From contig OY970061.1 in the NCBI GenBank assembly GCA_963705255.1, positions 1,920,001 through 1,984,000 on the forward strand: DNA of 64,000 nucleotides. The letters run 5' to 3'. Position numbers and translations under genes: made by a program. How positions within the stretch are numbered: position 1 is the first letter of the stretch; each line of letters starts with the position of its first letter. Source of the DNA: an uncultured Methanoregulaceae archaeon. GTDB lineage: Archaea; Halobacteriota; Methanomicrobia; Methanomicrobiales; Methanospirillaceae. Below are positions 37,783 through 47,708 of the stretch, one piece after another. The notes beneath the pieces were generated by a model. The model had not been told where the DNA came from. It saw nothing but the letters and a program-made list of their open reading frames with translations, and ran no database searches.

Positions 37783-38610
37783 TTACTGCCACGTTACCTC
37801 AAGGGGTTTCCGGCGGGGGATCCCGTAGATTTTGTACTGCGGGTGGCCGAACATCATCGCATAGGCGCATTTCCGTCCGGCGGGGATTCCAATCTCCTTC
37901 CAGAGGGGCTCAGAGGATGCTGCAGCCATTGCGACAAAACCGGCCCAGCAGGTCCCGATGCCAAATGCCGGGGCAGCGATATCGACGTGGGTGAGGGCGA
38001 TGATGGCATCCACGGATGCAACCGGGTTGCCATCCGGTATGTGGGCGAAGAGGAGGTGCGGGGCGCCGCGGCAGATGACGTCGCGTCCGCTGTCCCATGC
38101 CCGGATCAGGGTCGGAATATAGCCGCTCATCGGGTGGTCCGTGTTCTGCAGGGTCTTCATCCACCCGATGGTCAGCCCGGCGATCTTTTTCACCTTTTTT
38201 GAGTCATGCACGACAATCCACTGCACCGGCTGCCCGTTGCCTCCCGAGGGGGCATACCGGGCAATATCAAGGATCTCAAGGATCGTTTCCTTTGGCACTG
38301 AATCTTTGGTGAAGTGGCGCACGGACCGGCGTTTCCTGAGGTAGGAGGCCATGTCCCAGGAGGAGATCGTTCCGGCAACGCCCGGGAGGGGCACCTTCTC
38401 ATCCGGGCGGTCGTTCAGGAGGAGGGCCTGCGTGGGGCAGGAGACCTCGCAGTGACCGCACCGGATACACATGCCGGCGACAGCATCGTTCACTGCCGGC
38501 AGGGTGTTCTCATCGGCGGGGGTAACAATCGCCACCGGGCAGACGACGGAGCAGATCCCACAGCGGTTGCAGAGATCCTGGTCAACAAGTATCGTGGTCA
38601 TGGGGGTCAC
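37783..38610 (-). CDS. Nitroreductase with N-terminal 2[4Fe-4S] domain
   Basis: CNRCGICSVVCP, CIRCGHCEVSCP, RRSVRHF, APSGGNGQ, GIGTCWAG. Confidence 0.9.
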   Translation of the reverse strand: MTPMTTILVDQDLCNRCGICSVVCPVAIVTPADENTLPAVNDAVAGMCIRCGHCEVSCPTQALLLNDRPDEKVPLPGVAGTISSWDMASYLRKRRSVRHFTKDSVPKETILEILDIARYAPSGGNGQPVQWIVVHDSKKVKKIAGLTIGWMKTLQNTDHPMSGYIPTLIRAWDSGRDVICRGAPHLLFAHIPDGNPVASVDAIIALTHVDIAAPAFGIGTCWAGFVAMAAASSEPLWKEIGIPAGRKCAYAMMFGHPQYKIYGIPRRKPLEVTWQ

Positions 38611-38637
38611 TCCATAGATTTGTAGTCGGGCATACGG

Positions 38638-39243
38638 TCAGCATTTTTTCCTCTTTTTAGGCACAGGTTCCGCCTTTTTCAGCATTGCAAGAAGCCATGC
38701 CATGGTTGCCCCGGTATCCCGTGCCCAGGCCAGGCCTTCCTCATCATTCATAACGTCCCCGATGTTCCTCCCCACCCCGATGGGAGGCAGGCCCGGGACG
38801 ACCATGCCGCCGATCAGCAGGAAATGGAGGAGCGAGTCGAGGGTATGCACGGCCCCGGCACGCCGGACAGAAACCACTGCGGAACCCGCCTTGCGCCGGA
38901 ACAGGCCGCCGTTAGCCATCGAGACGAAGCCGGCCCGGTCTATCAGGGCCTTCATCTCGGCAGTGACATCCATGAAATAGACCGGGGAGCCAAGAATAAT
39001 TCCGTCCGAAGCGGCCATCTTCGCGATACACTCGTTCACGATGTCGTCATCGATGACGCACCGCCTGTCCCGGTTCTCGAAGCATTTCATGCAGGCAGTG
39101 CACCCGCGGATCTTCTTGCCGCCGACCTGCACGAGTTCCGTCGTGATCCCTTCCTTTTCGAGTTCCTGCAGCACCTGGCGTATCAGGAGACTGGTGTTCC
39201 CTTCCGGCCGCGGGCTCCCATTGAATGCAACAACTTTTGTCAT
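38638..39243 (-). CDS. Iron-sulfur flavoprotein (Isf)
   Basis: NGSPRPEGNT, CTACMKC...C, GSPVYF, KALIDR, RRAG. Confidence 0.88.
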   Translation of the reverse strand: MTKVVAFNGSPRPEGNTSLLIRQVLQELEKEGITTELVQVGGKKIRGCTACMKCFENRDRRCVIDDDIVNECIAKMAASDGIILGSPVYFMDVTAEMKALIDRAGFVSMANGGLFRRKAGSAVVSVRRAGAVHTLDSLLHFLLIGGMVVPGLPPIGVGRNIGDVMNDEEGLAWARDTGATMAWLLAMLKKAEPVPKKRKKC

Positions 39244-39247
39244 CTCA

Positions 39248-39812
39248 TCACTCCCTAACCAGATTCTTCCCGGCACACCATGCATCACCGGCATACTTCC
39301 CGAGTGTCCAGTAGCGGTTGTCGGGCATCGTCAGGATGAGCGGGTCGATCTTCGGGAAATCCGGCTTCCCGTCCTTCATCACCCTGCCATCCGCATATGC
39401 TCCTGCAATTTCACCGATGAAAAGCGTATTGGTCGGCAGGGGGACAGTCTGGACAAGCCGGGCATTCGAGCGAGACCGGGCATTCCCTGATCATCGGGGC
39501 TGTCTTCAGCGGACCGTAAAACACCTCAAACACCCGGGACTTGTCGGTCACCGCACCGGATACGAGACCACAGTAGTCGGTCTTCTCGAGAAGGTCCGAT
39601 GAGGGAATATTCACCGAGAACGTCTTTGTCTCCGTTATCCCTTTCGGAGTGTAATGGTGGTTTCCGATCCCGCAGACTATCATCGGCGGGTTCGCGTTCG
39701 CCCGGGCACACCAGCCCACGGTCATGAAGTTGTCTTTTCCGTTCACCTGTGTTCCCACGAGAACGACAGGCATCGGGATGAAAAAGTTCTGTCCGATCGG
39801 TTTCTTATCCAT
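39248..39812 (-). CDS. Flavin reductase / flavoredoxin family; apparent +1 indel at ~39460
   Basis: PMPVVLVG, NFMTVGW, FSVNIP, DYCGLVSG, PMIRECP; shifted frame gives LFIGEI...YWTLG...AW. Confidence 0.85.
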
Positions 39813-39983
39813 AACTTTTTCCTCACCCCCTCCTCTGCGGAGGCTCCCTGACAGGAGGTCACAAACAGCAGAATACTTGTTATTTTTCTGCAAGGGCACT
39901 TTAAGCCATTAGATTAAAATCTGCTTTAACTGAATATATAGGATATACAAGTAAAATAGTAACATACTTTCATTGGGGTAACC

Positions 39984-40361
39984 ATGATCTACACGAAGAA
40001 TAGGAAGACCTTTCACTGCCCGGTTGAGGTTGCCCTGGATGTGATCGGGGGCAAGTGGAAACCCCTTATCCTCTGGGCCCTCGGGGACAATGTGCTGAGG
40101 TTCAACGAGCTGCAGAAGGGCCTGCCGGGCGTCAATACCAAGATGCTGACGAAGCAGCTTCGCGAGCTTGAGGGGGATGGCGTGATCCGTAGGACGGTCT
40201 ATCCTGAGGTACCGCCGCGGGTGGAGTACGCCATCACGGATTTCGGCCGGACCCTTATCCCGATCCTGCAGGCACTCTGCACCTGGGGGGCCCATTATCT
40301 TGGGATCGAGGATGCGTCCCCGTACCAGTGCCCAGCGAAAACGGGCAGGACTAAGCGATAA
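39984..40361 (+). CDS. HxlR/HypR-family wHTH regulator
   Basis: CPVEVALDVIGGKWK, LRFNEL, KMLTKQLRELE.DG, PPRVEY. Confidence 0.92.
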   Translation: MIYTKNRKTFHCPVEVALDVIGGKWKPLILWALGDNVLRFNELQKGLPGVNTKMLTKQLRELEGDGVIRRTVYPEVPPRVEYAITDFGRTLIPILQALCTWGAHYLGIEDASPYQCPAKTGRTKR

Positions 40362-40362
40362 T

Positions 40363-41076
40363 ATGGATTCGATCATCTCGCGTATCCGTAAAGACCTCGC
40401 CGAAAGTGCAGACCCGAAGACCCGGCAGAACTTCCAGCGTTTCTTCAAAGAAGAGATACGGTATTACGGCGTCAAAGTGCCGGCCGTCAATAAAATCGCG
40501 AACAGGTACTGGAAGGAGATAAGATCCTTGGACAAGCAGGAGATCTTCGCACTCTGTGAGGAATTGTATCTGTCCGGCTATTGCGAGGAGGCGTTTGTTG
40601 TCTCCACATGGGCCCCGAAACTTGCTGCCAGGTACGAACCTTCCGATATCGCGGTATTCCGGTACTGGATCGACACGTACATCACCAACTGGGCGACATG
40701 CGACGCATTCTGTAACCACACGATGGGCGACTTCATTGAACAGTTCCCGGAATATATTGACGAACTGAAACGCTGGACGAAGTCGGGGAACCGCTGGATG
40801 CGGCGGGCGGTTGCGGTATCGCTGATCGTCCCGGCAAAGCACGGGAAATTCCTGAACGAGGCCATAGGGATTGCCGACCTGCTGCTGACCGACAGCGAGG
40901 ATATGGTGCAGAAGGGCTACGGGTGGCTCCTCAAGGAGGCGAGCCGGAACCATACAGACGAGATCTTTACCTATGTCATGCGGAACAGAAGGGTGATGCC
41001 CCGGACAGCGCTGCGGTACGCGATCGAGCTGATGCCAAAAGAGATGAAATCCGAGGCAATGAAGAGGGACTGGTAA
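40363..41076 (+). CDS. DNA alkylation repair enzyme (AlkD-like)
   Basis: YGVKVP, NWATCD, W.RR, VQKGYGWLLKE, MPRTALRYAIE. Confidence 0.88.
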   Translation: MDSIISRIRKDLAESADPKTRQNFQRFFKEEIRYYGVKVPAVNKIANRYWKEIRSLDKQEIFALCEELYLSGYCEEAFVVSTWAPKLAARYEPSDIAVFRYWIDTYITNWATCDAFCNHTMGDFIEQFPEYIDELKRWTKSGNRWMRRAVAVSLIVPAKHGKFLNEAIGIADLLLTDSEDMVQKGYGWLLKEASRNHTDEIFTYVMRNRRVMPRTALRYAIELMPKEMKSEAMKRDW

Positions 41077-41441
41077 TATAGGGACGGTATATCACCGGAT
41101 TATCCGGTAACTGTCACAAAGAAAAACCTGGGCCGTGTTCACAGCATCGCGGGTTCGGTTAACCGGGTTTTCACCATGAACCATCCGTTACAATTCACGA
41201 TGAAAAGCAGATCCCGGGCCGGAAATAACGGATGCCGGGGAGGGTGATCCCCCTCAGGCACGACATTGAAAACAGCCCTTTATTCCATATGGTCGACCCA
41301 GAAACCGTGGATGTTGCAGGAGATCCTTACGTTCTCTACGTGGCTGATGTCCACACAGAACTCTTTTCCGGAGTGAGCTCAATCGCTTCATGCCCTGGTT
41401 CTACAGAACCCGTTTCCCCTTCCTTGAAGAAACCGGGTATT

Positions 41442-41825
41442 TTACCGGATTTGTGTCACCCTCTGTTGTACAAGATCGATGAGATCCCCGAGACCTGCAC
41501 ACCGGTTGATCTCTTCGGTGCTGATAAAGAGCCGCAGCTCGCTGCCGGCCTGGAGAAGCACGACAGGAAACTTCAGGGCCCGGGGGCCGAACTCGGAGGA
41601 GAATTCGTTGCGGTTCAGGAACCGGGCCGGGATGCCCAGATCGCGGATGAAACGCTTCCACTCCTTCTTCATGCCAATGGGACTGTAGGTGAGGGAGTAC
41701 AGGGAGCAGCCATCCCCTCCCGAGGCCGCCGCACGGCTGGCATAATCCTTGATCTTCGGTAGCACTCCGCTGTCGCTGTTAAAGATAAAAATGAGAGTCC
41801 TCTCAAGCGGCATATAACAAGCCAC
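41442..41825 (-). CDS. Conserved hypothetical protein
   Basis: LIFIFNSDSG...CSL..LTY...GMKKEWK.F...FP.V pattern; function unknown. Confidence 0.6.
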   Translation of the reverse strand: MACYMPLERTLIFIFNSDSGVLPKIKDYASRAAASGGDGCSLYSLTYSPIGMKKEWKRFIRDLGIPARFLNRNEFSSEFGPRALKFPVVLLQAGSELRLFISTEEINRCAGLGDLIDLVQQRVTQIR

Positions 41826-41996
41826 TCTCTCTGTCAGGAATTAAACTTTGGGATCGTTCAGAGAGAACCCGGAGAAGCCGTCCGGTCACCAGTCTCACTG
41901 CTGGGTACTCGGGCACCTTGCGCAAACTGGGGGATTAACTTCCCAGGTTCAGGACCAAATACCCGTGGTTCGCCATAGAGGAGAAGAGCGGACCGG

Positions 41997-43385
41997 TCAC
42001 TGTTTCGCAGGTTCCTGCCGCGGGAGGGAAAGGGTAAACGTGCTGCCTGTACCTGATGAACTGGTGACCGTCAGGGTACCCCCAAGCATGGACGCCCGTT
42101 TCCGGGCCATCGTCAGTCCGAGGCCCAGTCTGCCATATTTTCGGGAGAGTTTGTCTGCATCGCTGATGAAGAAGGGTTCAAAAACAGTCTCAAGTTTCTC
42201 GGCGGGGATACCCACACCGTTATCGGTGACAGAAAGCCGGAACAGGGTATCCGTCTCTTCAGAGGTGATGGTGATCTTCCGTGGCGGGTGGGAATAGGTC
42301 ATTGCATTGGAGAGGAGTGTGTTCATGATCTCAAAAATAAATGCTCCATTGCTGGTTATGATGGTATTTTGTGGAACGTTTAAGGCAACGCGGGCTTCAG
42401 AACAATACTTTCCCTGCAGGAGAACCAGTTCAATAAGATCGCGGATAGAGACCCGCTCCATCGGGGGCCTGAACTGGTCATGAACCGATTCGAGAATGCT
42501 GATCGCAAGGATCTTATTAACGATATTCCGTTCCATCTCTACATAGGTCCTGACTTTTTTTATGATTTTGAGAACTTCTGGGGGGATCCGGTACTGATCC
42601 GCGTCAAGCACAAGGAGATCAAGAAAACCGACTATGGGCTGGAGCGGAGTCCGGAGTTCATGTGCAGCCACATCAATAAAGTCCTTTTTGCGGTCCAGTT
42701 CCTTATGAAGGTTGATCACCGCACACTCCCGTTCATTGATATCACGTAAGGCAATGATATTGGCAGGTTTTCCCCAGTAGGTTATCTGCGTTCCAACTGA
42801 TTCAATAAAGAACTCTTTGCCGTCAGACTTTACCGCCTTGTATTTCTGGAGATGGCCCTGGTTTCCATCGATAACCTTCTGCATGTCATGGATAACCCGT
42901 TCCCGGTATTCCGGAGCAATGAATGAAAGGATATTCTTCCCGAGAACCTCCGCACTGCGGGAATAACCCAGCATCTGCACAATGCTCTGGTTGACGTACA
43001 GGATTATTCCGGAAAGGTCCAGGACCGCTATACCGTCAAATGCATATTCAGCAAGTATCCGGTACCGTTCTTCACTATCCTGCAGGGCCTCTTCTGCCTG
43101 TTTGCGATCCGTGATGTCCGTTGCAACGGTCTGGTATTCGATAATTCCGCCATCTTCATCGAAAAGTGCACGTTCTGTCCTCCGGATCCAGTGAAGACTG
43201 CCGTCCGGAAGAACGATCCTGTGCTCAAGAGTGACCTTCGAATTTTCAGGAGTAAGCGCTGCCCGATAGCCTTCCAGAAGACTGCGCTCTTCCGTCGGCA
43301 GGAGAAGATCGAATTGTTTTCCGATCAGTTCACCGCGGGTCTTTTTAAAATACTGACAGAACACATCATTGACATAGAGGATCAC
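41997..43385 (-). CDS. PAS-PAS histidine kinase, probably the C-terminal part of a REC-PAS-PAS-HK split by an indel
   Basis: AAHELRTPL H-box, DNGVGI, GLGL; PAS sequence (IIDQSELIARYRPDG) continues upstream of the GTG with no start codon. Confidence 0.8.
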   Translation of the reverse strand: MILYVNDVFCQYFKKTRGELIGKQFDLLLPTEERSLLEGYRAALTPENSKVTLEHRIVLPDGSLHWIRRTERALFDEDGGIIEYQTVATDITDRKQAEEALQDSEERYRILAEYAFDGIAVLDLSGIILYVNQSIVQMLGYSRSAEVLGKNILSFIAPEYRERVIHDMQKVIDGNQGHLQKYKAVKSDGKEFFIESVGTQITYWGKPANIIALRDINERECAVINLHKELDRKKDFIDVAAHELRTPLQPIVGFLDLLVLDADQYRIPPEVLKIIKKVRTYVEMERNIVNKILAISILESVHDQFRPPMERVSIRDLIELVLLQGKYCSEARVALNVPQNTIITSNGAFIFEIMNTLLSNAMTYSHPPRKITITSEETDTLFRLSVTDNGVGIPAEKLETVFEPFFISDADKLSRKYGRLGLGLTMARKRASMLGGTLTVTSSSGTGSTFTLSLPRQEPAKQ

Positions 43386-43453
43386 TCCGTCAGGTCGGTA
43401 GCGTGCGATCAGTTCTGACTGATCGATAATAAAGCGCCGTACATTGATCTCTT

Positions 43454-43942
43454 TTACATCGTCCGGGATACCGGATTCCGGACTTGTACTTCAGAACCGG
43501 ATTCTGTGTCGCATGGGTGATCAGCATCCCGGACCCGGCGTGTTCTCAATGTCCGTCCGATGATCAGGGGGAGCACTTTGAGATAGTTGTAATTCTGATC
43601 CTTTACCAGAAAGTCATCGACACCACTTTTTATTGCGTGTGTGGCAGCATCGTGGTCTTCGACACTGGTCACGACAATGACCGGGATCCCCCTCCCAAGG
43701 ATCTCGGGAAGGATATCGAGGGGGGTTCCGTCACCCAGATAGAAATCGCTGATAATAATATCGATGGGCTTTTTCTCTAAAAGGGTCCGGGCATCTGCAA
43801 TGGATCCTGCAATCTCAACCTGATAGGACTCCGGCTGCTCCCGCATCGACCGGCTGAATGCCATCTGGTCGACAAGATCATCCTCTATCAGGAGGACCGC
43901 CAGTTCCTTTTCTTGCCCGGGAGACGTATTCACGTTCTTCAT
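43454..43942 (-). CDS. Response-regulator receiver domain
   Basis: LLIEDD, ISDFYL.DG, VVTS, DDFLVK. Confidence 0.85.
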   Translation of the reverse strand: MKNVNTSPGQEKELAVLLIEDDLVDQMAFSRSMREQPESYQVEIAGSIADARTLLEKKPIDIIISDFYLGDGTPLDILPEILGRGIPVIVVTSVEDHDAATHAIKSGVDDFLVKDQNYNYLKVLPLIIGRTLRTRRVRDADHPCDTESGSEVQVRNPVSRTM

Positions 43943-44353
43943 TCAGCTGACTTCGCTCAGTGTCCAGTACATGCACATTGCCCGGATCACTTCCATGAAC
44001 TGCTGGTAATCAACGGGTTTGATCATGTACCCGGCAACACCCAGATCGTATGATCGGACCTTATCGTATTCTGCCCGTGATGTGGTAAGGATGATGACAG
44101 GGATCCTCCGTATTGACTCATCTTTTTTCATAATCGAAAGAAATTCGATCCCTCCCATTTTGGGCATGTTGAGGTCGAGAAGAATGATTGTCGGTCTCGG
44201 ATTCTCCTTATTTCTGAGATATTCAAGTGCCTCGACACCGTTTTCGACATGATACAGAGGGTTCGTTACATTGATATCCTTGAGTGCCCGTTTGACGGAC
44301 ATCATATCAACCATATCATCTTCAACAAGAAGAATCGATTTTATTGAAGTCAT
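43943..44353 (-). CDS. Single-domain response regulator (Rcp1-like)
   Basis: ILLVEDD, LLDLNMPKMGG, IPVIILTTS, YDLGVAGYMIKPV. Confidence 0.9.
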   Translation of the reverse strand: MTSIKSILLVEDDMVDMMSVKRALKDINVTNPLYHVENGVEALEYLRNKENPRPTIILLDLNMPKMGGIEFLSIMKKDESIRRIPVIILTTSRAEYDKVRSYDLGVAGYMIKPVDYQQFMEVIRAMCMYWTLSEVS

Positions 44354-45447
44354 TTACTAATACCCCCGACGGGTTTATCACCTTTCATTGGGATCGTGAA
44401 GTAAAAAGTACTCCCTTTTCCCAGTTCAGACTCAATCCATACCTTTCCACCATACGTCTCAACGATCTTCTTGACGATCGAGAGTCCGATGCCGGTGCTC
44501 TCAATATCATCCCGTGAATTCAGCGTCTGGAATATCTGAAAGACCAGATCATAGTATTTTTCATCGATGCCCGGTCCGTTGTCCTTCACAAAAAATTTCC
44601 AGTAATCCCCATCCCGGATGCAACCGATATGGATCTCTCCCTGCGGCTTGTCCATGTATTTGACAGCGTTTCCTATCAGGTTCGAGAGGACCTGGCGAAA
44701 ACTGGTCTTTTCATAGTGGACCATCGGGAGAGGGTTGTCAATGATGATGCTGATATGGCGGGGTGGGGAGAGGCTGTCAATAACCTCTTTGACAAGACTG
44801 TTGGGGTCAAAATCCTCTTTCTCCTTCTGGATCCTCCCTACACGGGAGTACTCCAGAATCCCATCGATCAGGTTCTGCATCCGGTTGACGCGGTTCACGA
44901 GAAGATCCAGCTGGGCCTTTCCCTTCTCATCGAATTTGTCCTTATAATCGGTGTAGAGCCACTGGGACAAAGAACCAATCGCCCGCAACGGCGCCTTGAG
45001 ATCATGGGAGACGATATAGGCAAAATCCTTGAGCTCACTGTTGGCAAATTCCAGCTCGCGGATAAGCTGCGCGTTGATATTTTCCATCCTCTTTCGGTCG
45101 CTGATGTCAACAAAGGTCTCTATGAGCAATCTTCTCCCGTCGATCGTGGTGCTTTTTACACTCTTGATAATCGGAATTTTCTCCCCACGAACATTCAGGA
45201 GAGCCCGTTCGGCACTGTCGACCGTCATGTTGAGGTCAGTGATCGGGCATTTGCCTTTTTCAGCAGGACAGACAAACTTATGGCATACCTGTCCGATAAC
45301 ATTGATCTCCGTTGCCTGAATTATAGAGAGTGCCATCGGGTTTGCATACAGAATTGCGTGCGTTTCTGCATCGATAATGAGAACTCCCGTCTGGAGAGTT
45401 TCTATAAGGTTTTTAAGGTACTCTTCGTTTTCAAATGCAATTTTCAT
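44350..45447 (-). CDS. Cytoplasmic PAS histidine kinase (Cph1-like kinase core)
   Basis: PAS with CHKFVCPAEKGKCP, SHDLKAPLR, DNGPGI, TGIGL. Confidence 0.9.
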   Translation of the reverse strand: MKIAFENEEYLKNLIETLQTGVLIIDAETHAILYANPMALSIIQATEINVIGQVCHKFVCPAEKGKCPITDLNMTVDSAERALLNVRGEKIPIIKSVKSTTIDGRRLLIETFVDISDRKRMENINAQLIRELEFANSELKDFAYIVSHDLKAPLRAIGSLSQWLYTDYKDKFDEKGKAQLDLLVNRVNRMQNLIDGILEYSRVGRIQKEKEDFDPNSLVKEVIDSLSPPRHISIIIDNPLPMVHYEKTSFRQVLSNLIGNAVKYMDKPQGEIHIGCIRDGDYWKFFVKDNGPGIDEKYYDLVFQIFQTLNSRDDIESTGIGLSIVKKIVETYGGKVWIESELGKGSTFYFTIPMKGDKPVGGISK

Positions 45448-45667
45448 GGATCAACACCGTTATCAGCGTAATTGCTTTAGAGAAGATCGGGTATCTCAAT
45501 CTATAAGAATTTGCTTCTATTTTTATCGAAACGGCCAAATATTTCACAATTGTCATGTTCTGGCATCAGATCAGAAAAAACGGGCAATCACCCATAAGCA
45601 GTCTACCAGAAAATCATCATTTACAAAAAACCGGTTTGGAGCGCTCTCATACCTTAAAACCCCTAAT

Positions 45668-46975
45668 TTATGCGGTACCCTGAACTGGAATCGTGAAGTA
45701 AAAAGTACTCCCTTTCCCCGGTTCAGACTCAATCCATACCTTTCCGCCGTACGTCTCAACGATCTTCTTGACGATCGTGAGGCCAACGCCGGTACTCTCG
45801 ACCTCGTCCCGTGCATGGAGTGTCTGGAATATCTGGAACACCCGGTCATAATATTTTTCATCGATGCCCGGTCCGTTGTCCTTCACAAAAAATTTCCAGT
45901 AATCCCCATCCCGGATGCAACCGATATGGATCTCTCCCTGCGGCTTGTCCATGTATCTGATCGCGTTTCCTATCAGGTTCGAGAACACCTGGCGAATCCG
46001 GGTCTTTTCGTAATGGACAGCCGGGAGGGGCGTGTCAATGATGACGCTGATATGCGATGGTGGGGAGAGGCTGTCAATAATCTCCCGGATAAGCACTGTG
46101 GGGTCAATGGTCTCTTTCTCATCCCGGATCCTCCCCACACGGGAATACTCCAGAATCCCGTCGATCAGGTTCTGCAGGCGGTTGACACGATTCACGAGAA
46201 GATCCAGCTGGATCTTTCCCTCTTTGTCAAACTTGTCTTGATAATCAGAATACAGCCATTGGGAAAGCGATCCTATCGCACGGAGCGGTGCTTTCAGGTC
46301 ATGGGAGATAATATAGACAAAGTCCTTGAGCTCGTTGTTGGCAAGCTCCCGATCGTGTATGAGCTGGGCGGTGAGCTCTTCCATCTTCTTGCGCTCCCTG
46401 ATATCGATAAAGGTCTCGAGGAGGAGCAGCTTTCCGCCAAACCTGATGGAGTTCACGCTTTCGAGAACCGGGATCCCATCTCCTTTTGCTGTTATCAGTG
46501 TCCGTTCAGCATTCTCAAAGATCTGATTTCCGTCAGTTACCGGGCAGGTACCTGGTTCTGCAGGGCAGATATAATTCTGACAGTTTTTGCCGACAACGGT
46601 CGCTTTCGGGGCTCCAATCAGGGAAAGTGCAAGGGCATTCGCATCTACAATTGTATGCGTCTGTGCATCGATAACGAGCACACCTATCTGGAGCGATTGC
46701 AGCACGGTATTAAGAAACTCTTCACTCTCCTTTACCGCCTTGAGCGCTCTGTTCCGGATGGATGTAATATACACACCCAGGCAGATAACAAGAGCGAACA
46801 TGACGAGAAGGACAAAAAGGTATTGGAGTCGCAGGTTCTGCAGCCGTGCAGCTACGATATCCCCGCTGATACCAATAATGGTAATAACTGAGAGTGCGAG
46901 AACGACCAAAAAAATGACCAGGCCGAGTTTATTTACGGAGAGAGCCTTCAATACTGGTTCAAATGAACTCCCCAT
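45668..46975 (-). CDS. 2-TM PAS histidine kinase, paralog of 44350..45447
   Basis: Two N-terminal TM helices, PAS with CQNYICPAEPGTCP, SHDLKAPLR, near-identical kinase core. Confidence 0.9.
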   Translation of the reverse strand: MGSSFEPVLKALSVNKLGLVIFLVVLALSVITIIGISGDIVAARLQNLRLQYLFVLLVMFALVICLGVYITSIRNRALKAVKESEEFLNTVLQSLQIGVLVIDAQTHTIVDANALALSLIGAPKATVVGKNCQNYICPAEPGTCPVTDGNQIFENAERTLITAKGDGIPVLESVNSIRFGGKLLLLETFIDIRERKKMEELTAQLIHDRELANNELKDFVYIISHDLKAPLRAIGSLSQWLYSDYQDKFDKEGKIQLDLLVNRVNRLQNLIDGILEYSRVGRIRDEKETIDPTVLIREIIDSLSPPSHISVIIDTPLPAVHYEKTRIRQVFSNLIGNAIRYMDKPQGEIHIGCIRDGDYWKFFVKDNGPGIDEKYYDRVFQIFQTLHARDEVESTGVGLTIVKKIVETYGGKVWIESEPGKGSTFYFTIPVQGTA

Positions 46976-47117
46976 GAGTGCACGTTCCTTCCCATGGCTA
47001 TATGCCTAATATTGTGCATACCTGAAAGTTCATAAGTTCATGGATCTTTTGTCGGGTCTTTGATCAGGCAGACCGGGAGTTATATGAGAACTGGGGGGTT
47101 TAACCAGTGGCATGCCG

Positions 47118-47708
47118 TTAAATGCCGATATTTTTCAGGAACCACTCGTGCAGCCGGGTATCGTTGCCGAGTTCCGGGTGGAACGAGAACGCCATGTGCT
47201 TTCCTTTTTCCACTGCCACGATACCTTTCTCGACCCGGGCAAGGACTCTCATGCCGGTACCGATAGAAGTAACGACCGGTGCCCGGATGAAAACTGCATG
47301 GAATGCGTCCCCATTAAGCCCGTCAACCGCAAGGTCTGCTTCGAACGATTCCCGCTGCCGCCCAAACGCGTTCCGGTCGACCGCCATCTCCATCAGGCCA
47401 AGCGGCCTGACCCTGGGGTCTTCCACTTCGGTCGCCATCAGCACCATGCCTGCGCAGGTCGCAAAAATACCCCCGGGAAAGGAGCGGATGGGCTCATAGA
47501 GCTGGTTTTTTCCAATGAGACGGGAGATGGTGGTGGACTCCCCGCCCGGGATGGCAAGGGCCTGGCACTCTGCAAGATCGGCAGGGCGCCTCACTTCAAA
47601 AACCTCGGAGGAGGGGCCGCGGCCCATCCGTTCGAGCGCAAGGAGAAACGCGTCTATATGCTCGCTCACATTCCCCTGGAGCGCCAGCACGCCGATCTTA
47701 GCGTCCAC
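47118..47708 (-). CDS. pdxT: PLP synthase glutaminase subunit
   Basis: GVLALQG, PGGESTT, TCAG, RNAFGRQ, FIRAP, FHPEL. Confidence 0.95.
   Translation of the reverse strand: MDAKIGVLALQGNVSEHIDAFLLALERMGRGPSSEVFEVRRPADLAECQALAIPGGESTTISRLIGKNQLYEPIRSFPGGIFATCAGMVLMATEVEDPRVRPLGLMEMAVDRNAFGRQRESFEADLAVDGLNGDAFHAVFIRAPVVTSIGTGMRVLARVEKGIVAVEKGKHMAFSFHPELGNDTRLHEWFLKNIGI

Noticed and set aside
41276-41292. ORB-like CCCTTTATTCCATATGG
   Set aside because: Matches the origin ORB at 14 of 17 positions but alters the core TCC/GAAA positions, is single, and has no DUE; may be chance.
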